Source of the DNA: Candidatus Aldehydirespiratoraceae bacterium | GTDB lineage: Bacteria; Actinomycetota; Acidimicrobiia; Acidimicrobiales; Aldehydirespiratoraceae | Reading direction: 5' to 3' | DNA length: 32,000 bases | Assembly (NCBI GenBank): GCA_965208435.1 | Contig: OZ242337.1 | Span: 1,422,100-1,454,099, forward strand | In this document: piece by piece, positions 1 through 9,353 of the stretch | Layout of the letters: every line of letters begins with the position of its first letter | How positions within the stretch are numbered: position 1 is the first letter of the stretch | Made by a program: the position numbers and the translations under genes | The notes under the pieces: model-generated | What the model was told of the DNA's origin: nothing | The model's database searches: none | Seen by the model: only the letters and a program-made list of their open reading frames with translations

Positions 1-62
1 CACCATCGTCGAAGCCCGCCCCGACCACGCCGAAAACTGATTGTGCTTCGAGTTGAGCGACC

Positions 63-476
63 CTAGACGTATCCGATGGCGTGGGCAGGCGTGAAGCGGG
101 CAATGAGGCGCCGTTCCTCAATCATGGCTCGGCGGTATTCGTCCCAGTCGGAGTGCGTTCCCGCCACCCGTTCGAAATAGGTGACCAGAGCGTCGCTGGT
201 TGCGTCGTCGACGCTGGTGGTGGGCGGCGACAACTCAACCGTGCCGTCGAGGGACACATACGACCATGCCTGCTCGTCGGACACATGCAGCACGGCCCTG
301 GGGTCGCGCCGCAGGTTGGCGGTCTTGGCCCGGCCGTCGGTCACCGAGATGCAGAACACGCCGTCGTCAACGTAATAGACGATGTCAGACGACTGCGGCC
401 GGCCGTCTGAGCGGATGGTGATGAGGACTCCGAGCCTGCGCTCCGAAGCCCAATCGACTGCCTCTGCAAGTTCCAT
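63..476 (-). CDS. PPOX-class (pyridoxamine 5'-phosphate oxidase-like split-barrel) probable F420/FMN-dependent oxidoreductase
   Basis: 137-aa ORF. The pattern RLGVLITIRSDGRPQSSDIVYYV...ISVTDGRAKTANLRRDPRAVLHV is typical of small actinobacterial PPOX-family proteins. Family call is from motif recall only. Confidence 0.65.
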   Translation of the reverse strand: MELAEAVDWASERRLGVLITIRSDGRPQSSDIVYYVDDGVFCISVTDGRAKTANLRRDPRAVLHVSDEQAWSYVSLDGTVELSPPTTSVDDATSDALVTYFERVAGTHSDWDEYRRAMIEERRLIARFTPAHAIGYV

Positions 477-513
477 GCTGTCGTTTTAGCCCACCAGCAA
501 TCGCACCGCTCAG

Positions 514-1803
514 TCAGGACGGCTTCACGCGCAGTTCAACACGGCGTTCGCGGAGATCGAAGGTGCGCAGCCCGCCGCCACCGATGCCCTCCGCGAGCCA
601 GTGCGGTGATACAGCCTCGGCAGCGGGATCGATGTGCAGATCCCATGAGAGTTCACCGGCCTGAGATGCCCTGCAGCGGGGGTTCACGGCCTGGGCCATG
701 TGCAGGAACCCGTCGAGCCAGTCCAGGGGGCTGCGGCAGACGTCGTCGCTGATGCCCGCGCAGTCGCCGAACTCGATCGAGCCGTGTGAGTCGTCGTGGA
801 TCTGCACGGTGTAGCGCACGTAGTCGTCAACGAGGATCGGGTCCAGTTGCAGCACCTTGCCGATCGTGTCCATGCCGTCACCGGTGATCGCCATCGCCTC
901 ACAGAGGCGTTCGACCATCACCGGAGCCATCGCTGCGCGGTGCTGGGGCGCGGCGTCGTCGAGCAGTTCGGGGCTGAAGTTCTCATCGATCGAGAAGTAG
1001 GCCGCCCGCATCAGCAGGTGAACGTCGAGAGCGAACTCCTTGGCCTGGCGCACCAGCACAGCGTGAGACAGGTCTTCGAGGCGGAAGTCGGGGCGGAACG
1101 GACCCGAGTAGTCGTCCATGCCGCCAGCCTCGAGCGACTCACCGAGCTCGAACTCGAAATCGGCTGCGGCCGACTGCCGAACCACTGCCAGCGACGACTC
1201 GCGCGCGCGCGGCCCGGCCTCCTCGTCGACGATCCGGACCTCCCAGCGGCAGTGGTCACCGGTGAACTCGTCGGGTTTCGGCGGCCGATGCACCGGGATC
1301 GCCCGCAATCTCGGGTTGGTCGCTCCCAGGGTCGCGTCGAAGGTCCGGTCCTCCATGTGGTGGCACATGTTGGTGACGAGCTGCTCGTCGTTGGCTGTCA
1401 GCTCACGCAGATAGTGGTGTGCGCCGCAGAAGGGCAGCCAGAAGTAGCCGAGGTCGTGGTCGACCTCCTCGAAGTGGAAGTCCAGAAAGTGATGCGGGGC
1501 ACCGACATCGAACTGGAAGCCCTTGAACGCCTCCCCCACACCGTCGCCGTCAACGTTCAAGTTCTTCTTGTTGCGCTCGGTGTAGACCGGGCTCGACCCC
1601 ATCCATTCGCTGTCGGCCTGCTTGATCGTGGCGTCCTGTCCGACCGCGAGCGCGACATGGGGCATGAGCGCCCGATCGTGGTACATGGAGACGACCATGT
1701 ACTCCCTGCAGAGCCGCGCGAGGGCCCTGCGGGTCAGCCGTTCGAGCGACCAGTCCGGGTCGAAGGGGCCCGCGTAGTCTTCGGTGAGTGCGCCGTCAGT
1801 CAT
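514..1803 (-). CDS. Hypothetical protein with two tandem homologous halves
   Basis: 429-aa ORF. Both halves open with the same signature: DYAGPFDPDWSLERLTRRAL near residue 9 and DYSGPFRPDFRLEDLSHAVL near residue 230. I do not recognise the family. Confidence 0.6.
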   Translation of the reverse strand: MTDGALTEDYAGPFDPDWSLERLTRRALARLCREYMVVSMYHDRALMPHVALAVGQDATIKQADSEWMGSSPVYTERNKKNLNVDGDGVGEAFKGFQFDVGAPHHFLDFHFEEVDHDLGYFWLPFCGAHHYLRELTANDEQLVTNMCHHMEDRTFDATLGATNPRLRAIPVHRPPKPDEFTGDHCRWEVRIVDEEAGPRARESSLAVVRQSAAADFEFELGESLEAGGMDDYSGPFRPDFRLEDLSHAVLVRQAKEFALDVHLLMRAAYFSIDENFSPELLDDAAPQHRAAMAPVMVERLCEAMAITGDGMDTIGKVLQLDPILVDDYVRYTVQIHDDSHGSIEFGDCAGISDDVCRSPLDWLDGFLHMAQAVNPRCRASQAGELSWDLHIDPAAEAVSPHWLAEGIGGGGLRTFDLRERRVELRVKPS

Positions 1804-1922
1804 CGTTGCTGCTTCTTCCGGTGCCGCATCGCATCAACACTGATTATCACGATCAACAGATCAAAACACCACTTCAACCGGTGTGCTCCGAAGGGCGTAT
1901 ATAAGATCAGCAACGGGGAACG

Positions 1923-2816
1923 ATGGAAGACCAACCATTCGCCGGCACGGCCGAACAGGCGATCCTCGTTCAGGCCGCAGGCTCGGCCGCCGGTCTGGGC
2001 GAAGGGCCGTTCGATTTGCTGCGGGTCGGTACGAACAACGTGTACACCAACCACGAAGACCTCGTTGTGGCCCGGGTTGCGCCGATGCACGAGACCGTTG
2101 ACTCCGGCAACGACCGACTGCGGAACATCGAATCGCTGATCGCCACCGGCGCGCCGTTGTTGAGTCCACTCAGCCCCGTCGTTGAACTGGCAGACGGACG
2201 GGTCGTGACTTTCTGGCCGATGGCAGAAACCGGGGAGGGGATATCGCTTCACGACATGGCCGCGCTTGTGGCCGAGTGGCACGGTGTGACTCCCCCGCTG
2301 TCACTGGAGATGTGGACTCCGGGCCATCAGGACGGACGCCGCCAGCGGATGATCGCTGCCGGGATGGAGGCTGATGTCCCTGCGGTGGCCCTCGACTTTC
2401 TGCTCACTGAGATGCACGAATCCCGTGCCGCCCTTGTCGAGCTCTGGGACGAGCTGCCCCACACGCATCCAGTCGTGCCCGTCCACGGAGACCTGTACCC
2501 GGGCAACGTCGTGTTCCGCAACGGTAGACACCTGCTGATCGACTGCGACTTCATGTGCTGCGGTCCGCCCGAGGCCGATCTGGCGCAGATGATCTCGCAC
2601 TACCAGCGCACCACCGACGACGATCCCGAGGACTTCATCGCGGCGTACGGGCTGCCCGTCGACGCCGAGTTCCTGAGGCGTGCCACCCGACTCCGAGAGC
2701 TCGACCACGGCCTCTGGCTGGCCTCGATGTGGAACGTCAGGCTGGAGTCGCAAGAGGAGTTGATGCTGCGAATCGGGCGCTGGGACGACCTCTCGACCCG
2801 CTGGACGACCCTTTGA
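1923..2816 (+). CDS. Phosphotransferase enzyme family protein (APH / kinase-like fold)
   Basis: 297-aa ORF carrying the catalytic-loop signature HGDLYPGNVVFRNGRHLLIDCDF (HxDxxxxN ... D). It is divergent from the 514-1803 gene. Confidence 0.75.
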   Translation: MEDQPFAGTAEQAILVQAAGSAAGLGEGPFDLLRVGTNNVYTNHEDLVVARVAPMHETVDSGNDRLRNIESLIATGAPLLSPLSPVVELADGRVVTFWPMAETGEGISLHDMAALVAEWHGVTPPLSLEMWTPGHQDGRRQRMIAAGMEADVPAVALDFLLTEMHESRAALVELWDELPHTHPVVPVHGDLYPGNVVFRNGRHLLIDCDFMCCGPPEADLAQMISHYQRTTDDDPEDFIAAYGLPVDAEFLRRATRLRELDHGLWLASMWNVRLESQEELMLRIGRWDDLSTRWTTL

Positions 2817-2889
2817 TTCAATCTCCTGATTCGACCCGTTCTCGGCACTGGCGTTGGCTAGGTGACCTGGTTGCTGCAAGAGTCCTCAT

Positions 2890-3897
2890 ATGAAATATCG
2901 ACTTATGGGTTCGAGCGGCCTCTGGGTTTCTGAGGTCGCGCTCGGTGCGATGACTTTCGGCAACACCGAGTGGGGTGTTGAAATAGACGAGAGCCGTTCG
3001 GTTTATGAGGGTTTCCGGGAGGCGGGCGGCAATTTCGTCGACACCGCCAACATCTACAGCAGGGGACGCAGCGAGCAGTTCGTCGGAGAGTTCATAGCGG
3101 ACCATCGGGACGAGGTCGTGCTGGCGACCAAATACTCAGCGCCGATGCGTCCCGACGACCTCAACGCCCTGGGGAACAGCCGAAAACACATGATGGAGTC
3201 GGTCCACGCAAGCCTCGAGCGTCTCGGCACCGACTACATCGACCTCTATTGGGTCCACGCCCGCGACCACACGACCATGGCGGAGGAGATCATGCGCGGC
3301 CTCGATGATCTCGTCACCTCGGGGAAGGTCCTCTACGTCGGGATCTCCGATGCGCCGGCCTGGCAGGTGGCCCGCTGCAACACAATCGCCGAGCTGCGCG
3401 GTTGGAGCCGCTTCGTTGGACTGCAGATCAGGTACAGCTTGATCGACCGCGAGGTCGAGCATGAACTGTTGCCCATGGCCGAGGCGCTCGACCTCACGGT
3501 CACGCCGTGGGACACGCTGGGCTCAGGTGTGCTGACCGGAAAATACAACCGTGATGCCGACACCGCGGGCCGGGCGACGCTGCGCGGGCGAATCTCGGAG
3601 CGCGGTCTCAAGATCGCTGCTGAAGTTGTGGCCGTCGCCGACGAACTGGGCTGCTCACCGGCACAGGTCGCGCTCAGCTGGGTTCGTTCTCGCAAGGGCG
3701 TGATCGTTCCGCTGATGGGGGCCAGAACACGGGATCAACTCGACGACAATCTGGGCTGTCTCGACCTCGAGCTGCCCGATGAGGCCTTGACACGGCTGAA
3801 CGAGGTCAGTTCGATTCGCACGCCGTTCCCGCACAACATGTTGGCGCCGTTCCGCAGCATCGGCTCCGGCGAGAGCCACCGGCCGGACCAGCACTGA
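2890..3897 (+). CDS. Aldo/keto reductase
   Basis: 335-aa ORF. The N-terminus MKYRLMGSSGLWVSEVALGAMTFG, DTANIYSRGRSEQFVG and the overall length are typical of AKR family oxidoreductases. Confidence 0.9.
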   Translation: MKYRLMGSSGLWVSEVALGAMTFGNTEWGVEIDESRSVYEGFREAGGNFVDTANIYSRGRSEQFVGEFIADHRDEVVLATKYSAPMRPDDLNALGNSRKHMMESVHASLERLGTDYIDLYWVHARDHTTMAEEIMRGLDDLVTSGKVLYVGISDAPAWQVARCNTIAELRGWSRFVGLQIRYSLIDREVEHELLPMAEALDLTVTPWDTLGSGVLTGKYNRDADTAGRATLRGRISERGLKIAAEVVAVADELGCSPAQVALSWVRSRKGVIVPLMGARTRDQLDDNLGCLDLELPDEALTRLNEVSSIRTPFPHNMLAPFRSIGSGESHRPDQH

Positions 3898-3918
3898 GGA
3901 TTCTTCAGGTTCGGGGTT

Positions 3919-4296
3919 TCATGAGCGCTTCTTGTAGATCGTGAAGCTCTCCTTGAACGGCACCAGATCGCGGCGGTACTGGCGGTGCACCTCGTCCACG
4001 GTAGCCGATGCGTCGGTCTGCACCTGTTGCAAAGCGGCTTCCAACTGAGCGATCCGTGCTTCGAGTTGGAGGACGCGTTTCACACCCGCGAGGTTCAAGC
4101 CTTCGTCGGTCAGATCGGATATTCGCTGCAGCAGGGCGATGTCGGCGTCGCTGTAACGGCGGCTGCCTCCTCCGGTGCGCGCCGGATCGACGAGCCCCTT
4201 GCGCTCATAGATCCGCAGGGTCTGTGGGTGCACTCCGGCAAGCTCCGCAGCAACAGAGATCACATACACCGCTCGATGGAATCGTTCCTGGTCCAT
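3919..4296 (-). CDS. hspR: MerR-family heat-shock transcriptional repressor HspR
   Basis: 125-aa ORF with the MerR-type HTH YVISVAAELAGVHPQTLRIYERKGLVDPARTGGGSRRYS. It is the last gene after dnaK-grpE-dnaJ, the canonical actinobacterial arrangement. Confidence 0.85.
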   Translation of the reverse strand: MDQERFHRAVYVISVAAELAGVHPQTLRIYERKGLVDPARTGGGSRRYSDADIALLQRISDLTDEGLNLAGVKRVLQLEARIAQLEAALQQVQTDASATVDEVHRQYRRDLVPFKESFTIYKKRS

Positions 4297-4317
4297 GGTT
4301 GTGTCTCCTCTCGTTTC

Positions 4318-5430
4318 TCACAGGCCCAGATGGGCCCGCGGTGATTCGGTCGTGGCCTTTGCGAACGCCTCCACTGCCCGGCGTTGCTCCCTGCTTAGTT
4401 CTTGGGGCACGGCGACGGCGACAGTGACAAGCAGATCGCCCGCTCCGCCCCTGCCCTTGAGCCGAAACGTCTTGCCGGACACGGTGCCCGGGGGAATCCG
4501 TATCTTCACGGCCTCGCCGTTGAGTGTGGGTACCTTCACTTTCGCACCGAGGGTCGCCTCGGCAAAGGTGATCGGCACCTCGAGGGTGAGGTCCCTGCCG
4601 GACCTGCCGAACATCTCGTGGGGCTCGACCGTGACATGCACGAACAGGTCACCGGGGGGACCGCCTCCGTGTCCGGGGCCTCCGCGTTGTTTGAGCCGAA
4701 TCTTCTGGCCGGTCTTGACCCCCGCCGGAATTCGTACCTTGACCTCCCGGGGACGTACCTCCACACCTGACCCGCGACAGTTCGTGCACGGCGAGGTGAT
4801 CACCGATCCCCGACCACCGCAGCTCTGGCAGGGCCGACTGAACGAGAACAGTCCCTGGTTCTCGTCGTGCACGCCCCTTCCGTCGCACGACTCGCATTTG
4901 CTCGGCGCCGTCCCGGGCGCTGAGCCCCTGCCGTCGCAACCCGAGCATGCCGCCTCGCTGGTCAGGGTGATGGTGGTCTCGAGTCCGTTGACCGCATCGT
5001 CGAATTCCAGCGTCAAGTCCACTTCTATATCGTTGCCCCGCTGCCCGCGGGCCGGCCCCGGTTGGCCGCGCCCGCGGCCGCCCCGGTTGAACAGGCCTCC
5101 GAGCAGGTCGCCGATGTCGTCCATCCCGACGTTGAAGTGGCCCGTGCCGGGACCCGGGCCACCAGCGCCTCCGAACATCGGGCCGATCGGGCCCATCTTG
5201 CGGACTTCGTCGTATTTGGCGCGCTTGTCGTCGTCGCCGATCACGTCGTAGGCGGCCGAGACCTCCTTGAACCGTTCCTCGGCGCGTGCGTCACCAGGGT
5301 TGGAGTCCGGGTGAAGCTCGCGGGCGAGCTTGCGGTACCTGCTCTTGACGTCCTTGGAGGATGCGCTTTCGGTGACGCCGAGGATCGCGTAGTAGTCCTT
5401 CTCGAACCACTCCTTTTCGTATTCAGTCAC
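4318..5430 (-). CDS. dnaJ: Molecular chaperone DnaJ
   Basis: 370 aa. J-domain (DYYAILGV...YRKLARELHPD), a G-rich linker and four CxxCxGxG zinc-finger repeats (CSGCDGRG, CESCDGRG, CQSCGGRG, CTNCRGSG). Confidence 0.95.
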   Translation of the reverse strand: MTEYEKEWFEKDYYAILGVTESASSKDVKSRYRKLARELHPDSNPGDARAEERFKEVSAAYDVIGDDDKRAKYDEVRKMGPIGPMFGGAGGPGPGTGHFNVGMDDIGDLLGGLFNRGGRGRGQPGPARGQRGNDIEVDLTLEFDDAVNGLETTITLTSEAACSGCDGRGSAPGTAPSKCESCDGRGVHDENQGLFSFSRPCQSCGGRGSVITSPCTNCRGSGVEVRPREVKVRIPAGVKTGQKIRLKQRGGPGHGGGPPGDLFVHVTVEPHEMFGRSGRDLTLEVPITFAEATLGAKVKVPTLNGEAVKIRIPPGTVSGKTFRLKGRGGAGDLLVTVAVAVPQELSREQRRAVEAFAKATTESPRAHLGL

Positions 5431-5451
5431 CAGATCACCTCCTCAATTCAC

Positions 5452-6090
5452 CTATCCCTTCACCCTGACCATGGCGGCACGCAACACCCTGCCATTGAAG
5501 GCGTAGCCGGTGCGCAGCACTTCGGAGACCATGGGCTCGGTCTGGTCTTCGTCGCCTGGTTCGCTCATGGCGGCCTCGTGCCGGTTGGGGTCGAACGGTT
5601 CGGTCTGGTCGATGATCTCCAGCCCCTGGGCCTCGAGCACGCTGCGGAGTTGGGCCGTTATCGGTTCAACACCTTCAACTTGCTGCACGGCCGCGGCGTC
5701 ACAGGCATCGAGTACCGGCAGGATCGCCTGCATCACCCGGGCAGCGGCCTGTCGAAGGGTCTGCGCGTTGCGCTTCTCCGTCTGCTTGCGGAAATTGGCG
5801 AATTCAGCGGTGACTCTCTGCAGGTCGTTGAGATGCTGGTCGCGTTCTGCGGTGAGCAGTTCCAGCGCGGTCGGTTCCCTCGGTGCCGGTTCCGTCTCGG
5901 ACCCAGCCTCAGCGGACCGGGCTTCGGGTTCACCTACCGATCCTCTGTCGGGCTCAGCGTCGGGCTCAGCGCCGCCCGGTCCGTCGAGCGCGGCGCCAAC
6001 CGCGGCGTCAACCGAGGGGGCTTCATCGGTCACCGGTTGTTCCCCGCTGGAGTCCTCGGCAGAGGAGTCGGGCTTGTCGATACCGCTCAC
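5452..6090 (-). CDS. grpE: Nucleotide exchange factor GrpE
   Basis: 212 aa. Acidic disordered N-terminus, then the GrpE core ([11 protein letters not shown] ... FDPNRHEA ... [16 protein letters not shown]). Its start overlaps the dnaK stop by 4 nt. Confidence 0.9.
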   Translation of the reverse strand: MSGIDKPDSSAEDSSGEQPVTDEAPSVDAAVGAALDGPGGAEPDAEPDRGSVGEPEARSAEAGSETEPAPREPTALELLTAERDQHLNDLQRVTAEFANFRKQTEKRNAQTLRQAAARVMQAILPVLDACDAAAVQQVEGVEPITAQLRSVLEAQGLEIIDQTEPFDPNRHEAAMSEPGDEDQTEPMVSEVLRTGYAFNGRVLRAAMVRVKG

Positions 6091-7928
6091 GATGCCTGGC
6101 TGTCGGAGTCGTCCTCGTCGATGATCTCGGCGTCGACAACCTCGTCGTCGTCGGGGGTCGACGCGGCCGCCGCAGACTCGCGTTCCGCCTGCGCGGCTGC
6201 CTCGTAGAGGCGCTGGCCGAACTCCTGGCTCGCGGTCATCAATGCCTCGGTAGCGGTCTTGATGGCCTCGACGTCGCTGCCTTCCAACGCTGTGCGCACC
6301 TCGGCCAGTTTCTCCTCGATGGTCGCCTTCTCGTCGTCGCTGACCGCGTCGGCCTGGTCGGAGAGCAGCTTCTCAGTCTGGTAGACGAGGGTGTCGGCGG
6401 TATTGCGGACCTCGGCTTCCTCCTTGCGCTTGCGGTCCTCCTCGGCATGCAGCTCAGCGTCCTTGACCATCTGGTCGATGGAGTCCTTGTCGAGCGAGCT
6501 CTGTCCGGTGATGGTCATCGACTGCTCTTTGTTGGTGGCCTTGTCCTTGGCGCTCACATGCACGATGCCGTTGGCGTCGATGTCGAACACGACCTCGATC
6601 TGGGGAAGGCCGCGCGGGGCGGGCGGGAGGTCGACGAGTTGGAACTTGCCGAGCGTCTTGTTGTAGGCGGCCATTTCCCGCTCGCCCTGCAACACGTGGA
6701 TCTCGACCGACGGCTGGTTGTCGTCGGCGGTCGTGAAGATCTCGCTCTTGCGGGTCGGGATGGTGGTGTTGCGCTCGATCAGGGTGGTCATCACCCCGCC
6801 CTTGGTCTCGATGCCGAGCGACAGCGGCGTCACATCGAGCAGCAGCACGTCCTTGACCTCGCCTTTCAGCACGCCTGCCTGGACGGCCGCGCCGATCGCC
6901 ACGACTTCGTCGGGGTTCACGGTCTTGTTCGGTTCTTTGCCGGTCATCTCCATGACCAGTTCGGCCACCGCTGGCATCCGAGTCGATCCACCGACGAGCA
7001 CGACATGGTCGATTGCCCCCTTGGTGAGTCCGGCGTCCTTGATGGCGGCTTCGAACGGGCCGCGGCAGCGGTCGAGCAGGTCGGAGGTGAGGTCGCGGAA
7101 CTTGGCCCGGGTCAGCTCGTAGTCGAGATGCAGCGGACCTGCGTCGGTTGCGGTGATGAAGGGAAGGTTGATCTGCGTCGACTGGGTCTGCGACAGTTCG
7201 ATCTTGGCCTTCTCGGCAGCTTCCTTGAGTCGCTGAGCGGCCATCGGGTCCTTGGTCAGATCGACGCCATGGTCGCCCTTGAACGACTTGGCGAGCCATT
7301 CGATCACAGCATCGTCCCAGTCGTCGCCGCCGAGCTGGGTGTCGCCGGAGGTGGACTTGACTTCGAATACTCCGTCGCCGAGTTCGAGCACCGACACGTC
7401 GAAGGTGCCGCCGCCGAGGTCGAACACGAGGATGGTCTGGTCCGACTCCTCCTTGTCGAGACCGTACGCCAACGCAGCAGCGGTCGGTTCGTTGATGATC
7501 CGCAGGACTTCGAGCCCGGCGATCCGGCCGGCTTCGGTGGTGGCCGTTCGTTGTGCGTCGTCGAAGTAGGCGGGAACCGTGACCACGGCCTGGGTGACGG
7601 TGTCGCCGAGGTACTCCTCAGCGTCACGCTTGAGTTTCATCAGGACACGGGCCGAGATCTCCTGGGACGTGTACGCCTTGGAGTCGATGTCGACCTTCCA
7701 GTCGGTGCCGACATGGCGCTTGACTGAGCGGATGGTGCGCTCGGGGTTCGTGATCGCCTGACGCTTGGCCACTTCGCCGACGAGAACCTCGCCGTCCTTG
7801 GCGAAGGCGACGACGGAGGGGGTGGTGCGTGAGCCTTCCGCGTTGGGGACGACGACGGGGTCGCCGCCCTCCAGCACGGAGACGACGGAGTTGGTGGTGC
7901 CGAGATCGATACCTACGGCCTTGGGCAT
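6087..7928 (-). CDS. dnaK: Molecular chaperone DnaK (Hsp70)
   Basis: 613 aa. Hsp70 signatures [21 protein letters not shown] and [10 protein letters not shown]. Confidence 0.98.
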   Translation of the reverse strand: MPKAVGIDLGTTNSVVSVLEGGDPVVVPNAEGSRTTPSVVAFAKDGEVLVGEVAKRQAITNPERTIRSVKRHVGTDWKVDIDSKAYTSQEISARVLMKLKRDAEEYLGDTVTQAVVTVPAYFDDAQRTATTEAGRIAGLEVLRIINEPTAAALAYGLDKEESDQTILVFDLGGGTFDVSVLELGDGVFEVKSTSGDTQLGGDDWDDAVIEWLAKSFKGDHGVDLTKDPMAAQRLKEAAEKAKIELSQTQSTQINLPFITATDAGPLHLDYELTRAKFRDLTSDLLDRCRGPFEAAIKDAGLTKGAIDHVVLVGGSTRMPAVAELVMEMTGKEPNKTVNPDEVVAIGAAVQAGVLKGEVKDVLLLDVTPLSLGIETKGGVMTTLIERNTTIPTRKSEIFTTADDNQPSVEIHVLQGEREMAAYNKTLGKFQLVDLPPAPRGLPQIEVVFDIDANGIVHVSAKDKATNKEQSMTITGQSSLDKDSIDQMVKDAELHAEEDRKRKEEAEVRNTADTLVYQTEKLLSDQADAVSDDEKATIEEKLAEVRTALEGSDVEAIKTATEALMTASQEFGQRLYEAAAQAERESAAAASTPDDDEVVDAEIIDEDDSDSQAS

Positions 7929-7950
7929 GCTCTGCTCTCTACTTTCGCTG

Positions 7951-8034
7951 CGGACGGTGCCGCAGATCCGCGGACACCGTCAGGGTGGGTTTCGGGTCGG
8001 ACGGCGCCGCAGATCCGCGGACACCGTCAGAGTG
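7951..8034 (-). repeat. Tandem duplicated 37-nt unit in the dnaK leader; each copy can fold as a stem-loop
   Basis: Copies at 7951-7987 and 7998-8034 (period 47) match at 35 of 37 positions. Each contains arms gacggtgccgc / gcggacaccgtc around the loop agatcc (7953-7981 and 8000-8028). Confidence 0.8.
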
Positions 8035-8039
8035 TGAAT

Positions 8040-8108
8040 CTTGCTAGAATGCAAGTGTACAGTACTTGAATCTGTTTACACCCAAAAAGTTGAGTCTAAT
8101 ATTGTCAA
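8040..8108 (-). promoter_or_regulatory. Candidate dnaK promoter/operator region with HAIR-like inverted repeats (putative HspR sites)
   Basis: 8090-8108 reads TTGAGT-N7-TGTCAA. One half matches the HAIR consensus CTTGAGT-N7-ACTCAAG perfectly and the other at 4 of 6 positions; on the minus strand the second half reads TTGACA (-35-like). Two further short perfect inverted repeats: CTTGC-N6-GCAAG (8040-8055) and CAAGT-N7-ACTTG (8052-8068). Confidence 0.45.
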
Positions 8109-8174
8109 CTATGGTGGTGATCTGACGACAGAGGTCCCGACGACGGCCACCACCGTCAACGGGGCACGCAGCCG

Positions 8175-8201
8175 GACTCTCCGTCCGCCGCGGGAGGAGT
8201 C
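8175..8201 (-). terminator. Possible stem-loop downstream of the secreted-protein gene
   Basis: GACTCTCC...GGAGGAGTC is an imperfect hairpin about 30 nt past the stop at 8232. No U-tract follows. Confidence 0.2.
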
Positions 8202-8231
8202 GTGGAACAGGCGTCGGGCGGCGCTGCTCGA

Positions 8232-9347
8232 TCACCGGTCGATGGTGTTGGTCCCACTTGGAGTGCGACCCGCCGAACAACCCTCAAGTTCAACATCGGT
8301 TGGTGCCGGGAATGGCCCGTCGACCAGGTCACCGCACAATTCGGTCACAACCCCGGCCGCATACGCAGACCCATCGAAAGGCGTGTCGTAGCCGGCATAG
8401 TCTTGCACGTACTGCAGGATGTACGTTCCGTTCTCGTCAGATGGATTCTTGTGATCCACCAGAAGTTCCACAACACCGGCCGCGCCACGCAAGTGAGCCC
8501 CTGCCAACAAGCCTGAGAGCGTGACCTCAACCTTGTTCGAACGACCTCCCGGCGGAGGACTGACAGACGGATCCAACTGATCCCACGACACATACATACC
8601 CAGATAGTCTTTGAGCGTTTTTCCCTTAGCTTTCAACCCCGCCACAATACCATTGTATTTATTTGTGAAGTGATCCTTGATTACAAGAATGTGCTTGTCA
8701 GGATTCGTGAAATCAACATAACCATTTATCCCATTCTTGCCAGTAAAATTTGAATCATAAAAGGCGACCGTATCGGTAGCTAAAGTCGGCACCTCGACAA
8801 CAGGCGGATACACCAATGTGGAACGTACACCATTGGCCCAGGTATTGTTAGGAAGGTCGACGTAGTGTGACGGGTAGAATTTGTCTCCAACCTCAAACTC
8901 AGGAAACTTGTAATAACCTGTATCTACGAGGTCTGACTCTTGAAACTGGAATCCAACAAATCCCAGATAGTTAATAACATTTGATTGAATCAACTTCCAG
9001 TCTGGGTTCGTATCATTCGGATCATAGAGTTTACTGATACCAATTGTTTCAAACAATTCTTTGATTGTAACCGAACTACGTTGTACTGGATTGCCGTCAA
9101 GATCACGTACAACGCGCCCGGGATAGTTGACTTCTGGGTATGATTCAACCGGGTTGTTCCAGTTCTTATTATAGTAGCCCTGCTGAGAAGGATCGATATC
9201 AGATTCATATGCCCAAAGTACATCAATAAAGTCATCGTACGACTTTGTTTGTACATCACCTACAGTTGATTCAGCTCCGACTGCAGGAATCGAGCTTCCT
9301 ATCAAGCTTAGAATCAGCGCAACAATGCTGAACGAATAAATCTTCAT
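8232..9347 (-). CDS. Secreted protein of unknown function; compositionally mosaic gene
   Basis: 371-aa ORF with a Sec-type signal peptide (MKIYSFSIVALILSLIGSSIPAVGA|E). The 5' ~750 nt are about 35% GC and the 3' ~350 nt about 60% GC. The start lies 7 nt after the nagB stop. I cannot place the motifs YLGFVGFQFQESDLVDTGYY and LSGLLAGAHLRGAAGV in a family. Confidence 0.6.
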   Translation of the reverse strand: MKIYSFSIVALILSLIGSSIPAVGAESTVGDVQTKSYDDFIDVLWAYESDIDPSQQGYYNKNWNNPVESYPEVNYPGRVVRDLDGNPVQRSSVTIKELFETIGISKLYDPNDTNPDWKLIQSNVINYLGFVGFQFQESDLVDTGYYKFPEFEVGDKFYPSHYVDLPNNTWANGVRSTLVYPPVVEVPTLATDTVAFYDSNFTGKNGINGYVDFTNPDKHILVIKDHFTNKYNGIVAGLKAKGKTLKDYLGMYVSWDQLDPSVSPPPGGRSNKVEVTLSGLLAGAHLRGAAGVVELLVDHKNPSDENGTYILQYVQDYAGYDTPFDGSAYAAGVVTELCGDLVDGPFPAPTDVELEGCSAGRTPSGTNTIDR

Positions 9348-9353
9348 GGGTCT

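Noticed and set aside
796-2139. 447-aa plus-strand ORF
   Set aside because: It is antisense to the 514-1803 gene and Arg/Val/His-rich with no recognisable motifs. This is a typical shadow ORF of high-GC DNA.
4295-5251. 318-aa plus-strand ORF
   Set aside because: It is antisense to dnaJ and a Pro/Ser-rich shadow ORF.
5883-7727. 614-aa plus-strand ORF, plus several 60-280-aa ORFs in the same area
   Set aside because: It is antisense or out of frame to dnaK/grpE, whose identity is unambiguous. Its composition is low-complexity Gly/Arg/Leu/Val.
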